DNA of 64,000 bases from an uncultured Gammaproteobacteria bacterium (GCA_963849095.1 CAWKGA010000010.1:31412-95411); one strand, 5' to 3'; counted from the stretch's first letter, positions 47,789-57,333 are shown. Numbers and translations: made by a program. The notes: generated by a model from the sequence alone, not told the origin.

Positions 47789-48496
47789 ATGGGGCTGTCG
47801 ATCCGGTTGGACTGGACGGACATTGCGCTGAGGCTCGCGCTCACGGTCGCTGCGAGCGTGGCCATCGGATACAACCGCAGCGAGCACGGCAAAGCCGCTG
47901 GCATGCGGACAACGCTCCTCGTCTGTCTCGCGGCGTCCGTTGCGATGATCCAGGTGAACCTGCTGCTGCCCACGGCGGGACGCTCGCCGGATTCGTTCGT
48001 CATGAACGATCTGATGCGGCTGCCGCTCGGTATCCTCACGGGCGTCGGTTTCATCGGCGGCGGAGTCATCCTGCGGCGCGACAACATGGTCGTGGGTGTG
48101 ACCACCGCGGCGACGCTGTGGCTGGTCACGGTGATCGGGCTGTGTCTCGGCGGCGGCCAGATCGCGCTCGGACTCATCACGACCGGCCTAGGCCTGTTTG
48201 CGTTGTGGGGATTGAGAGGGGTCGAAGGCTGGATGCGACGCGAGTACCACGCGCAGCTCTCGATCGAGCTCGACCCGAGTGGTCCCGCCGAGGCCGAGAT
48301 CCGGCGCAGACTCGGGGATGCAGGCCTCTCGATCATTGGATGCCGATTCGTCCTCGACCGCGCGGGCGAGCACCGCGAGCTCACCTTCGATGTGTGCCAG
48401 CTGCGGCGTTTTGCGAGCACAGAGACACCGGCTCTGCTCCGAGAGCTCGCGGGCGCGCCGGGTGTCGTGAAGCTCCAGTGGGACGGACGAAGCTGA
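47789..48496 (+). CDS. MgtC/SapB-family membrane protein
   Basis: ATG 47789. MGLSIRLDWTDIALRLALTVAASVAIGYNRSEHGKAAGMRT... with an ACT-like C-terminal domain. Confidence 0.85.
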   Translation: MGLSIRLDWTDIALRLALTVAASVAIGYNRSEHGKAAGMRTTLLVCLAASVAMIQVNLLLPTAGRSPDSFVMNDLMRLPLGILTGVGFIGGGVILRRDNMVVGVTTAATLWLVTVIGLCLGGGQIALGLITTGLGLFALWGLRGVEGWMRREYHAQLSIELDPSGPAEAEIRRRLGDAGLSIIGCRFVLDRAGEHRELTFDVCQLRRFASTETPALLRELAGAPGVVKLQWDGRS

Positions 48497-48619
48497 GATC
48501 GGCGCACCGCGGTCGGATGTCCGCCGGAACCCGCGGCAATCGCGTTTGCGCGTCGCAACGCGCGAGAATCCGGCTTCGGATATCATAGGGGCCAGCCGCA
48601 CAACAGCGCTTGCCGCACG

Positions 48620-49057
48620 ATGCCAGTCGGTCCATTGAAGATCGGCACACGGAAGTTGACGGCCGGCATCGCGCTGGCCGCATTCGCGCTGCGCGCGCTC
48701 GTCCCCGCAGGGTTCATGCTCGAGAGCGGCCATCCGCTCACCGTCATCATTTGCCCCGACGGATTTCCGCCGCAGCTGCTATCGCAAGACGGGCAGGGCA
48801 TGCCCGATATGGCCGGCATGCCGGACATGCTCGGCACGACAGGCGGCGGGCACGGCGATCACCGTGGTGGCAACCAATCGCATTCCGATCACTGTCTCTT
48901 CACCAGCGGATCGGGCCACGGCCCGACTCCGGCATTCGCCGCGCCTGTCACCTCGAGCCACGTCTTTCGCGAGGTAGCCGTCGCGCCCCGACAGCGCCTG
49001 AGCGACGTGCGCCTCGTCTACGTCCCGCAAGCGCGCGCCCCGCCCGTTCTTACCTGA
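48620..49057 (+). CDS. DUF2946-like small exported protein with a Met/His-rich segment
   Basis: 145 aa. N-terminal anchor ending LRALVPAGFML, an internal ICPDG, GMPDMAGMPDMLG, HGDHRGGNQSHSDHCLF and C-terminal ...ARAPP. Located directly upstream of a TBDR gene. The family assignment is from memory of the architecture, not from a search. Confidence 0.5.
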   Translation: MPVGPLKIGTRKLTAGIALAAFALRALVPAGFMLESGHPLTVIICPDGFPPQLLSQDGQGMPDMAGMPDMLGTTGGGHGDHRGGNQSHSDHCLFTSGSGHGPTPAFAAPVTSSHVFREVAVAPRQRLSDVRLVYVPQARAPPVLT

Positions 49058-49242
49058 TCCCTGTGCACGCTGGCGTGCGTCCCTTGCACAGAGGGGCGTG
49101 CGCTCGTTCCCACTGCCGCTGACGTGCCTGCGTCGTGACCCGCGAACGCGCGGGCTCCTCGGCGACCTCGCCGGGAATGGCGTGCTCTCATCCATACGTT
49201 TGAAGGGCTTCGCTCCCAAAGGCGAGCCCGGAGCAATTTCAG

Positions 49243-51549
49243 GTGGCAGATCTCATCAATGGGATAGCAGCGCGCGCGCGCCGCCGGCCCCGAACTCATC
49301 TGGTCCCCTCCGGGGCGACAGTCCTCGTCCTTCTCATGCTCCTTCTTCCGGAGCGTGGCTGGGCCGCGGCCTATGGCAGCGTGAATGGCATCGTCCGGGA
49401 CGACAGCAACCGGCCCGTAGCGGGAGCGAACGTGGTGCTCGAGTCCACGACTCACGCAATCGTACAGCGGCAGACGGACTCGACGGGCCGCTTCAATTTT
49501 CCGAAGGTGGCGATCGGCCACTACATGCTCACCGTCTCGCGGCGCGACTTCGTCTCCCTCAGCCAGCTGGTCACGGTGGAGGCGGGCTATTTCCCATTTG
49601 CGCATGTCGTGTTGATGCATCCCTCGGAGCTCGCCGAGGTGGCGGTGACAGCGACCCGGCTACCGATCGTCGCATCGATCACCCCGATCACGATGGTGAG
49701 CCAGGAGGACATCGCGAACACCCCGGGAGCGAGCAACGTCAACAGTTCCGCCATGATTACCGACTACGTGCCGGGGGCGTACCAAGCCCATGACATGCTG
49801 CACATCCGCGGCGGGCATCAGACGAACTGGCTGATCGACGGGGTCGAGATTCCGAACACCAACATCGCGGAGAACCTCGGCCCTGAGATCGATCCTCAAG
49901 ATCTGCAGACCCTGGGCGTCGAGCGGGGCAGTTACGCGGCCGACGAGGGCGACCGTACTTACGGCATCTTCAACGCGATCCCGAAGAGCGGCTTCAGCAG
50001 TCAGACCCAAGCGGACCTCGACGTGACGGCGGGGAATTTCGGCCAGACCGACGACTACGTGAGCGCCGCGAGCCACACGGACGATTCCGCGTACTATGTG
50101 AGCGTCGAGGGTAATCGCAGCAATCTCGGCCTGCAGACCCCCGTCTCCCAGGTGACTCACGACGACTCGCAGGGGTACGGCGCGTTCACCAACCTGCAGT
50201 ACGAGCCGAGCGCGCAGGATGAGGTGAGCTTCGTCGGGCAGTTGCGGCAGGACGTTTACCAGATACCGGACTGCACCGTGCCGCTCGCGGACGACCCGGA
50301 CTGCGTCGGGCAGTTCGGCGACGTGCAGAGCGAGGCGGACAGTTTCGCGCTGCTGTCCTGGGCGCATACCTTCACGAACGACGCGGTGCTCACGAGCTCG
50401 CTCATGTATCACTTCGAGCGGGCGGATTATGACGGCGGCGCCGGCGACTATCCGACCATCACCACCTATCACCACAGCTCGCAGTACGAGGGCGCCGAAG
50501 AGAACCTGCGCATGACCTTCAGCCGCAACCATCTGGATGCCGGCGTTTTCGGCTTCGCCCAGCAGGATCAGGCCGACTTCAACCTGGCGTTCGCCAATGG
50601 CAGCTCGCCGACGCTATCGGAGTTGGAGAGTCCGACCGGCGGGCTCGTGGAGGCCTGGGTGGAGGATACCTTCGAGGCTGCGCATTGGCTCAACCTGTCG
50701 GCGGGCGTGCGGCAGTCTTACTTCCAGGGCGATGTCACCGAGAACGCGACCGACCCGCGGCTCGGCGCGACCGTCCAGCTGCCGCGCCTCGACTGGGTGC
50801 TGAGCGCCTTCTGGGGCAAGTACTACCAGGCCCCGCCGCTCGAAACACTCTCGGGGCCCTTGGTCGCGTACGCGACCGCGAGTGACACCGCCTTCCTGCC
50901 GCTGCGCGGAGAGCGCGACACGGAGCGCCAGTTCGGCGTGACGATCCCGGTGCAGGGCTGGAGTATCGAGGCGGACTACTTCGTCACCGAGGCGAGCAAC
51001 TTCTTCGATCACAACCCGCTCGGCGAATCCGACATCTTCCTGCCGATCACGGAACAGGGGGCGCTCATCGAGGGGCGCGAGCTCACGGTGCGCTCACCGT
51101 CCTTCTGGCCATACGGACAGGTGCACCTCGCCTACTCGAACCAGACGGCGGATTGCTTCGGGTCGATCACCGGCGGGCTGGTCGTGGCCGGCACGGCCTG
51201 CGGCACTCCGCCCATCGCGCTCGACCACGATCAGCGCAACACGCTGAATCTCGGGTACAACGTGAATTTGCCGCGACAGTTCTTCGTCGGCTCCAACCTG
51301 TCGATCAATTCAGGCCTGTCCAACGGCTACGCGGGGCCGCCGAGCTACGAGCCGAGCCACCTGCCGAGCTACGTGGTGCTCGACCTGACCGTGGGCCGCA
51401 ACATCACCCGGGATCTGTCGGTGTCGCTCACGGGCCTGAACGTCACCAACCGGCACCTGCTCACCGACAACAGCCTGACCTTCGGCGGTGTCCACTGGAA
51501 TAATCCGTTCCAGATCTACGCGCAGCTGCACTACAAGTTTCACTATTGA
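49243..51549 (+). CDS. TonB-dependent receptor with an N-terminal carboxypeptidase-regulatory-like domain
   Basis: GTG 49243. The CarboxypepD_reg-like segment is GSVNGIVRDDSNRPVAGANVVLES...GRFNFPKVAIGHYMLTV, followed by plug and barrel, ending ...AQLHYKFHY. Confidence 0.85.
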   Translation: MADLINGIAARARRRPRTHLVPSGATVLVLLMLLLPERGWAAAYGSVNGIVRDDSNRPVAGANVVLESTTHAIVQRQTDSTGRFNFPKVAIGHYMLTVSRRDFVSLSQLVTVEAGYFPFAHVVLMHPSELAEVAVTATRLPIVASITPITMVSQEDIANTPGASNVNSSAMITDYVPGAYQAHDMLHIRGGHQTNWLIDGVEIPNTNIAENLGPEIDPQDLQTLGVERGSYAADEGDRTYGIFNAIPKSGFSSQTQADLDVTAGNFGQTDDYVSAASHTDDSAYYVSVEGNRSNLGLQTPVSQVTHDDSQGYGAFTNLQYEPSAQDEVSFVGQLRQDVYQIPDCTVPLADDPDCVGQFGDVQSEADSFALLSWAHTFTNDAVLTSSLMYHFERADYDGGAGDYPTITTYHHSSQYEGAEENLRMTFSRNHLDAGVFGFAQQDQADFNLAFANGSSPTLSELESPTGGLVEAWVEDTFEAAHWLNLSAGVRQSYFQGDVTENATDPRLGATVQLPRLDWVLSAFWGKYYQAPPLETLSGPLVAYATASDTAFLPLRGERDTERQFGVTIPVQGWSIEADYFVTEASNFFDHNPLGESDIFLPITEQGALIEGRELTVRSPSFWPYGQVHLAYSNQTADCFGSITGGLVVAGTACGTPPIALDHDQRNTLNLGYNVNLPRQFFVGSNLSINSGLSNGYAGPPSYEPSHLPSYVVLDLTVGRNITRDLSVSLTGLNVTNRHLLTDNSLTFGGVHWNNPFQIYAQLHYKFHY

Positions 51550-52328
51550 GGAGTGCCGTCTCGCCGCTGCGCGACGATGAACAAGCGCGGAAAGGCGAGC
51601 AAGCGCTTCCCATCGGCGCGGGCCGGATAGGCTGCATCGATGCGGCGCTCGTACTCTGCGAGATAGAGCCCCTGAAGCTCGGGCGTCAGCGGCTCGAGGA
51701 ACGGGTTGAGTCCAGTCGAGCGCAGCCACTGCACGATCGCCGCGGCTCCGTCCACCGGGTGATAGTAGGTCGTGCGCCAGATGTCCACGTGCGTAAGAGG
51801 CGCGAGCCAATCGTAGTAGTGCTGGGCGGACGGAATGCGGGTTCGCAGCCGGTTCGCATCGCCGATGAGCGGCGCGAAGCGCGGGTCGGCCGCGGTCTCG
51901 CGCATGAGGACGTGGCTCGGCTCATCGAGGTTGTCGGGCATTTGTGCCGCGAGGGCACCCCCGGGGGCGAGCGACCCGAGGAGGCGCGGAATCACGCGCG
52001 CATGGGCCGGCACCCATTGCAGCGATGCATTGGCGTAGAGCAGGTCGATCGGCTGGGCAGCCGACCACTTTGCAATATCGCTTCGCTCGAACGTCAATCC
52101 CGGCAATCGCTGGCGCGCAGCCTCGAGCATCGCCCGCGAGGTGTCGGTGCCGACGATGCGCGCCGAGGGGTAGCGCTTGAGGAGCAGCTCGGTGGAATTG
52201 CCCGGGCCGCAGCCGAGATCGACCACAAGCTTCGGCGCATCGAGCGGAACGCGCGCGAGCAGCTCGGCGGCGGGCCGGGTGCGCTCTTCCTCGAAGCGCG
52301 AGTAAAGGGCGGGATTCCAGTCGTTCAT
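51543..52328 (-). CDS. tam: Trans-aconitate 2-methyltransferase
   Basis: MNDWNPALYSRFEEERTRPAAELLARVPL...VVDLGCGPGNSTELL closely follows the Tam N-terminus. 261 aa. Confidence 0.8.
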   Translation of the reverse strand: MNDWNPALYSRFEEERTRPAAELLARVPLDAPKLVVDLGCGPGNSTELLLKRYPSARIVGTDTSRAMLEAARQRLPGLTFERSDIAKWSAAQPIDLLYANASLQWVPAHARVIPRLLGSLAPGGALAAQMPDNLDEPSHVLMRETAADPRFAPLIGDANRLRTRIPSAQHYYDWLAPLTHVDIWRTTYYHPVDGAAAIVQWLRSTGLNPFLEPLTPELQGLYLAEYERRIDAAYPARADGKRLLAFPRLFIVAQRRDGTPQ

Positions 52329-52464
52329 GGTGAGGCATCGCAGGCCGGGCCTCGATTATCGCTGAGCAGCCTGCGACTGCGAAGCGCGGGCTGGGTGCGT
52401 AGAATGGGCCTCGGACGCGCCGCGCGGCGCGGAGCCGGGGAATCCGAGCGGAGGGAGAGCGACG

Positions 52465-53496
52465 ATGACGAGCTTCGACGGCGAGCTGTGGCGCGAGCTG
52501 TATCGCCGGATGGTCCGCATCCGCACCTTCGAGGATGAGGCTTCGCGGCTCGGCTCGAGGGGCGAGATCCCCGGAGCGCTGCACACGGCGGCGGGCCAGG
52601 AGGGCGAGATCGTCGGCGCGTGCATGGCGCTGCGCAGGGACGACTACATGGTCGGCAATCACCGCTCCCACGGACACCCGATCGGCAAGGGCGCCGAGCT
52701 GCGGCCGCTGATGGCGGAGCTGCACGGCAAGCGAACCGGAGTGTGCGGGGGCAAGGGCGGGTCGATGCACCTGGCGGATTTCTCCGTCGGCAGCCTCGGC
52801 GAGACGAGTATCGTCGGCTCTGGTCTGCCGGTCGCGGTCGGCGCGGCGCTCGGGTCGATCCTCCAGAGGAGCGGCCGCGTCACCCTGTGCTTCTTCGGCG
52901 ACGGCGCCTCGAACGAGGGCACTTTCCACGAGAGCCTGAACCTCGCCGCGATCTGGAAGCTGCCCGTGATCTTCCTGTGCGAGAACAACGGCTACGGTGC
53001 GACGACTCCGGCGTCCACGGTCATGTCGGTAGAGAACGTCGCCGATCGGGCCAAGGCGTATGCGATACCGGGCTCCATCGTCGACGGTCAGGACGTTGTC
53101 CTCGTCTACGAGCGCGTGCGGGAGGCCGTCAACCGGGCTCGACACGGCGAGGGGCCTGCGCTGATCGAGGCCAAGACCTACCGCTATGCCGATCACGCGG
53201 TGAACCTCGGGCCGGGCTTCGCGATCGACCGCGGAGAGGAGCTCGCGGCGTGGCGCTTGCGCGATCCGATCCGGCTGTTTCGGGCCCGGATGATCGCCGA
53301 GGGAATCGGCGAGCAGGACATCGAGAGGATCGAGCAGGAAGTTCGCGACGCCGTGGCCGATGCCGTGGAGTTCGCGCGGTCGAGTCCCTTCCCCTCCTAC
53401 GAGGAAGCCTTCGACCACGTTTTCACGGAGCGCCTCCCGATCCCGCAGCCCCCCACACTGCAGGGGTCGGGGTCCGGCGGACGCCGTCGCAGATAG
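52465..53496 (+). CDS. TPP-dependent 2-oxoacid (pyruvate/acetoin-type) dehydrogenase E1 alpha subunit
   Basis: YRRMVRIRTFE and the TPP motif GDGASNEGTFHESLNLAAIWKLPVIFLCENNGYG. Confidence 0.85.
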   Translation: MTSFDGELWRELYRRMVRIRTFEDEASRLGSRGEIPGALHTAAGQEGEIVGACMALRRDDYMVGNHRSHGHPIGKGAELRPLMAELHGKRTGVCGGKGGSMHLADFSVGSLGETSIVGSGLPVAVGAALGSILQRSGRVTLCFFGDGASNEGTFHESLNLAAIWKLPVIFLCENNGYGATTPASTVMSVENVADRAKAYAIPGSIVDGQDVVLVYERVREAVNRARHGEGPALIEAKTYRYADHAVNLGPGFAIDRGEELAAWRLRDPIRLFRARMIAEGIGEQDIERIEQEVRDAVADAVEFARSSPFPSYEEAFDHVFTERLPIPQPPTLQGSGSGGRRRR

Positions 53497-53505
53497 GAGA
53501 CTGGC

Positions 53506-54513
53506 ATGCCGCGAAAGAGTTTCCTCGAGGCCATTCGAGACGCGCAGTTCGAGGAAATGAAGCGCGACCGAAGAGTCTTCATGATGGGTGAGGACCTCAC
53601 CAGCAACCTGTTCGGGGCCACGACCGGCTTCGTCGAGGCCTTCGGAGCGGAGCGGGTGCGCAACACGCCGATTTCCGAGGCGGGATTCATCGGCGCTGCC
53701 GCGGGCGCCGCCATGGTCGGCATGCGCCCCATCGTGGACGTGACGATCGCCTCCTTCATCTATCCGGCGATGGACCAGTTGATCAGCATCATCTCGAAGT
53801 CGCGGTACCTGTACGGGGGCCAGGCGAGCCTGCCGCTCGTGCTGAGGCTGAGCATGTTCTACGGCAACTCCACCGCCGCACAGCACTCCGACCGTCCGTA
53901 CCCCATGCTGATGGGGGTGCCGGGCCTGAAGATCATCGTCCCCTCGAACGCGCTCGACATGAAGGGCCTCCTCAAGTCGGCCGTGCGCGACGACGATCCC
54001 GTGCTCTGCTTCGAGGACGCCGGCCTCTGGTCGTCGAAGATGGAGATTGCGGATGACGAGGACTTCCTCGTGCCGCTCGGCCGGGCCGAGGTGAGGCGCG
54101 AGGGCCGCGACGTGACCGTCGTCGCGATCGCCGCCTGCGTCGCGCAGTCCCTGGCGGCCGCAGCGGAGCTCGCGAAGCAGGACGTGTCGGTCGAGGTGGT
54201 GGATCCGCGCACGCTGGTTCCCCTCGACGTGGAGACGATCCTCGAGTCGGTGCGCAAGACCGGCCGACTCGTGATCGTGGATCCGGCTCACCGGACATGC
54301 AGCGCCGCGAGCGAGATTGCGGCGATCGTAGCCGAGCGGGCGTTCGGCGCGCTGCGCGCGCCCGTGCTGCGCGTCACCGCGCCGGATACGCACGTGCCGT
54401 TCAGTCCGCCGCTCGAGGCGCGGATCTTTCCGAGCAAGAGCAGCATTGCGGAAGCGATCCGGAGCGTGGTCGGGTTCGACCTCGGCGCCTCGCGCCAGGG
54501 CGCCGGAGCGTAG
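53506..54513 (+). CDS. 2-oxoacid dehydrogenase E1 beta subunit
   Basis: FMMGEDL...RVRNTPISEAGFIGAAAGAAMVGMRPI and a transketolase C-terminal domain. Confidence 0.88.
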   Translation: MPRKSFLEAIRDAQFEEMKRDRRVFMMGEDLTSNLFGATTGFVEAFGAERVRNTPISEAGFIGAAAGAAMVGMRPIVDVTIASFIYPAMDQLISIISKSRYLYGGQASLPLVLRLSMFYGNSTAAQHSDRPYPMLMGVPGLKIIVPSNALDMKGLLKSAVRDDDPVLCFEDAGLWSSKMEIADDEDFLVPLGRAEVRREGRDVTVVAIAACVAQSLAAAAELAKQDVSVEVVDPRTLVPLDVETILESVRKTGRLVIVDPAHRTCSAASEIAAIVAERAFGALRAPVLRVTAPDTHVPFSPPLEARIFPSKSSIAEAIRSVVGFDLGASRQGAGA

Positions 54514-54515
54514 CG

Positions 54516-54758
54516 ATGCCGATCATCGAGGTCCTGCTGCCGCAGTTCGGGATGGGAATGAAGGACGGGGAGATCATCCGCTGGCGCAAGGCCGTGGGCG
54601 ATAGGGTCAAGAGTGGTGAGGTCCTAGTGGAGGTCGAGGCCGCCAAGACGACCGTCGAGGTGCCGGCTCCGGAGGACGGCGAGCTCGTGGAAGTCCTCGC
54701 AGGGGAGGGCGAGACGGTGGAGGTCCGCGCGCCCATCGCGAAGCTCCGCACCGGCTGA
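54516..54758 (+). CDS. Stand-alone biotin/lipoyl attachment domain protein (80 aa)
   Basis: MPIIEVLLPQFGMGMKDGEIIRWRKAVGDRVKSGEVLVEVEAAKTTVEVPAP carries the lipoyl-lysine context E(A)AKT. No E2 catalytic domain follows. Confidence 0.8.
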   Translation: MPIIEVLLPQFGMGMKDGEIIRWRKAVGDRVKSGEVLVEVEAAKTTVEVPAPEDGELVEVLAGEGETVEVRAPIAKLRTG

Positions 54759-54767
54759 CGGCGGCGC

Positions 54768-55319
54768 TCAGCCCGGGTACTTGGTGAAGATCGCCAAGAC
54801 GGCAGCGTCGATATGCTGCTCGGCCTTCTGTCCCGTGAGGCCGTAAAGGTCCTGATGCACGTAGGCGTGCCACAGCGCTTGGCGACTGCGTGCATCGTAG
54901 AGATCGACGGCGATAATTCCCTCGCGGAAGACGTAGGGACCGTACGGCCCTCCGAAGTAGCCCGGTCCCCAACCCCAGCCCCAGCCCCAGTAAGGGTAGG
55001 GGCCGTCGATCACGTTGCGCGAGCCGATCCCGTATCCGACGAGGCAGTCGGCGCCGGAGGTCACCATACGCGCGCCCTTCGCGTTGAGCTGGGCAGCGAT
55101 GGCTGTCCGCAGGAAGCTCTCGTTGACGGGATTCGCGATGGTGCTGTAGAGCGCGGTGTTGCCCTGGAACGAGCCCGCCCACGCGACCGTGTGGCACTGG
55201 ACGGTGCGCGCGACGGGAGTGTTCACACTGGACGTGACGCGCAATGTCATGCAAGCCGCGAGAGCGCACGTGAGTGCCGCGGCGATGACTGTGCGGATCG
55301 TGCGCATGATCTTGTGCAT
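54768..55319 (-). CDS. DUF4136-like lipoprotein with an aromatic/Gly repeat
   Basis: Lipobox AAALTCALAAC. Contains PYPYWGWGWGWGPGYFGGPYGPY. Start is ATG 55319 or 55307. Confidence 0.55.
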   Translation of the reverse strand: MHKIMRTIRTVIAAALTCALAACMTLRVTSSVNTPVARTVQCHTVAWAGSFQGNTALYSTIANPVNESFLRTAIAAQLNAKGARMVTSGADCLVGYGIGSRNVIDGPYPYWGWGWGWGPGYFGGPYGPYVFREGIIAVDLYDARSRQALWHAYVHQDLYGLTGQKAEQHIDAAVLAIFTKYPG

Positions 55320-55559
55320 CGGCAACGCAGTCGGACAGACTTTGTGAAGCGTCCACATTATAGAACGAGTGAAGGCACGGCCGGTTGACACGCGGGGCGA
55401 GCCCCAGCCGGCTTGGTCGAGGCAGCAGCTCTCCCGTCTTGAGGAGGACGTCTCAGTCTGTAATTATTGTTATTTGTCAATGTTAAAATAGATATACTTC
55501 AAGTCCAATGTAACTCTATGGGGTCGGATCGAAAAAGCCGAGCCGCTCCGGTATCAACG

Positions 55560-56579
55560 TCAGTCCTTCGCAGGCATGCGCGGGCGCGGACTGGGCGGCG
55601 CGTTCGACCAGTGCCGGCGCCGATACTCGCCGGGCGTCAACCCGAAGACCCGGCGAAATGCCAGGCCGTATTGGCTTGCACTGCAGAACCCGTAGTCGAG
55701 CGCGATGCCGGTCGTCGTCCGCAGCTGCGCTGATGCGGTCAAGGCTCGGACGCTCTCCTCCACGCGACGGCGCTGGATGTACTGGCACACCGTCTCGCGC
55801 TCGTGCGAGAACACGTAGTGCAGATTTCTCGCGGTCATCTGCAGGGCGGCGGCGATGCGTCCGGGGACGAGGCTCCGCTCCAGCAGGTGCGACTCGATAT
55901 ACGCGACGGCCCGCGCCCGGTGGGCTGCCGCGGAGGGCAGTGAGGCTTGCGCGTCGGGCAGGCTCGTGTATGCGCTTGCGACCAGCTCGAGAACCCCGTG
56001 TACGACCTGCGGACGCATCACGGCCGTCGGCTCCGCGCGGCAGCGGCTCCAGTACTGCCGGAGCAGAGTCGAGGCAAAGCCGCTCACGCCCCCGTCCCCG
56101 GACATCGCGACGGCCGCCATGCCTTCTGGACGCGGTTAGTAGCGGCGCATCAGTTGCCTCGGCATCGCCAGGATGAGCTTGCGCAGCGGGGTCCTGTGCG
56201 TCGCCTCGTAGGGCTCCATGGACGTGTTGGTGTACAAGGCGAAGTCGCCGGATCTCAACTGCGTCTCGCGGCCCCACTGCCGCTCGGTGCTCACGCCTTC
56301 CAGGATGAGCTGAAGCGAGCACATGGGCCCGAACGCCGGTGGCGCGTTCGCGGTGGGATAGCGCACGGCCGCGGCATCGGAGCGAACCTCGATCAGCCAG
56401 ACATCGCCAATCCGGGCGCGGATGAGCTCGGCCGAGAAGTTCTGCGAGTCGGCAGGCTCGAAGTCGGCCGCCGTGACCGTGCTGCTCAGCAGCCGATTCC
56501 AGTATGCCGCTCGGCTCCGGGCCGGCATTCCTGCGGTCGACAGCGTCTCGAACTGTGGCGCGCTCATCATCGTCCGCAC
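55560..56579 (-). pseudogene. AraC-family transcriptional regulator interrupted by an in-frame TAA (56136-56138)
   Basis: ORF 56136..56579 (ligand-binding-like N-terminal domain) and ORF 55560..56120 (HTH: ARNLHYVFSHERETVCQYIQRRRVEES...IALDYGFCSASQYGLAFRRVFGLTPGEYRRR) share one frame and are separated by ...RRY*PRPEGM... Confidence 0.7.
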
Positions 56580-56890
56580 GATCTTAACCGAAAGGACGAG
56601 CGGCTCGGGAAGCGGGCGAACCGCCGGCAGCTAGGATATCGCCGTACCGGCGCTCGCGGTCCGGCGTCAGCGAAAAATAGTGCGTGAGCGAAATAATTTC
56701 TCCGCCCAAGGAAAGTGGTAGCGCGGGCGAAGCCGGGCACGGCTCGGTGCGGCACGAGAGCTGCCGTCGACCGGCGCTCGAAAGGGACGAGATTGCGATC
56801 GCCGTCTGCCTGCGATGTGAGAGTATGCCGTGGGGTCTCGATGGCGGAACGGCATTTGGAATTACCGCCTCGAAGCAGCACGGGGCGCGT

Positions 56891-57274
56891 ATGTATCCGA
56901 TATCGATCAAGGGCGTGATCTTCTCCCCTCGGCGCGAGGTCATTCTGCTGCTCAACGAGCGCGATGAGTGGGAGCTGCCGGGAGGACGCATCGAGCTCGG
57001 CGAGACGCCAGCGGAGTGTCTCGCGCGCGAGATTCTCGAGGCGCTGAGCCTCAACGTCCAGGTCGGAGCGCCGGTGGACACCTACCTCTTCGAGGTGATG
57101 CCGGGAAGGCAGGTCTTCGTCGCGACATACCAGTGCTCGCCGATCGGACCTTTCAATCCGGTGCTGAGCCCCGAGCACAAGAGCATCGGCCTGTTCGCGC
57201 CGGAAGCGCTACCGCCGAACCTGCCGAGGGGCTATCGCGCCTCGATCGCCACGGTAGTCGCGCGGCCCACATGA
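56891..57274 (+). CDS. NUDIX hydrolase
   Basis: Nudix box GGRIELGETPAECLAREILEALSL. 127 aa from ATG 56891. Confidence 0.75.
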   Translation: MYPISIKGVIFSPRREVILLLNERDEWELPGGRIELGETPAECLAREILEALSLNVQVGAPVDTYLFEVMPGRQVFVATYQCSPIGPFNPVLSPEHKSIGLFAPEALPPNLPRGYRASIATVVARPT

Positions 57275-57333
57275 GGGAGTTGCAGGCCGCGCCCTCGCGG
57301 CGCAGCCTGGCGTGAGGCCGTTGGAGAATCACA

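Noticed and set aside
51922-54393. 823-aa minus-strand ORF, the longest in the track
   Set aside because: It is antisense to the well-supported E1alpha/E1beta genes. Its translation is Arg/Gly/Ala/Pro-rich with no motifs, which is typical of a shadow ORF in GC-rich DNA.
55458-55520. Fur box in the AT-rich tract upstream of the DUF4136 gene
   Set aside because: The best alignment I found matches only about 9/19 consensus positions. It is AT-rich but not Fur-like.
56580-56890. 310-nt gap between the AraC gene and the NUDIX gene as a possible ncRNA or riboswitch
   Set aside because: I recognised no conserved riboswitch core or convincing stem-loop architecture. ORF 56684..57274 covers the gap, but only its C-terminal 127 aa look like protein.
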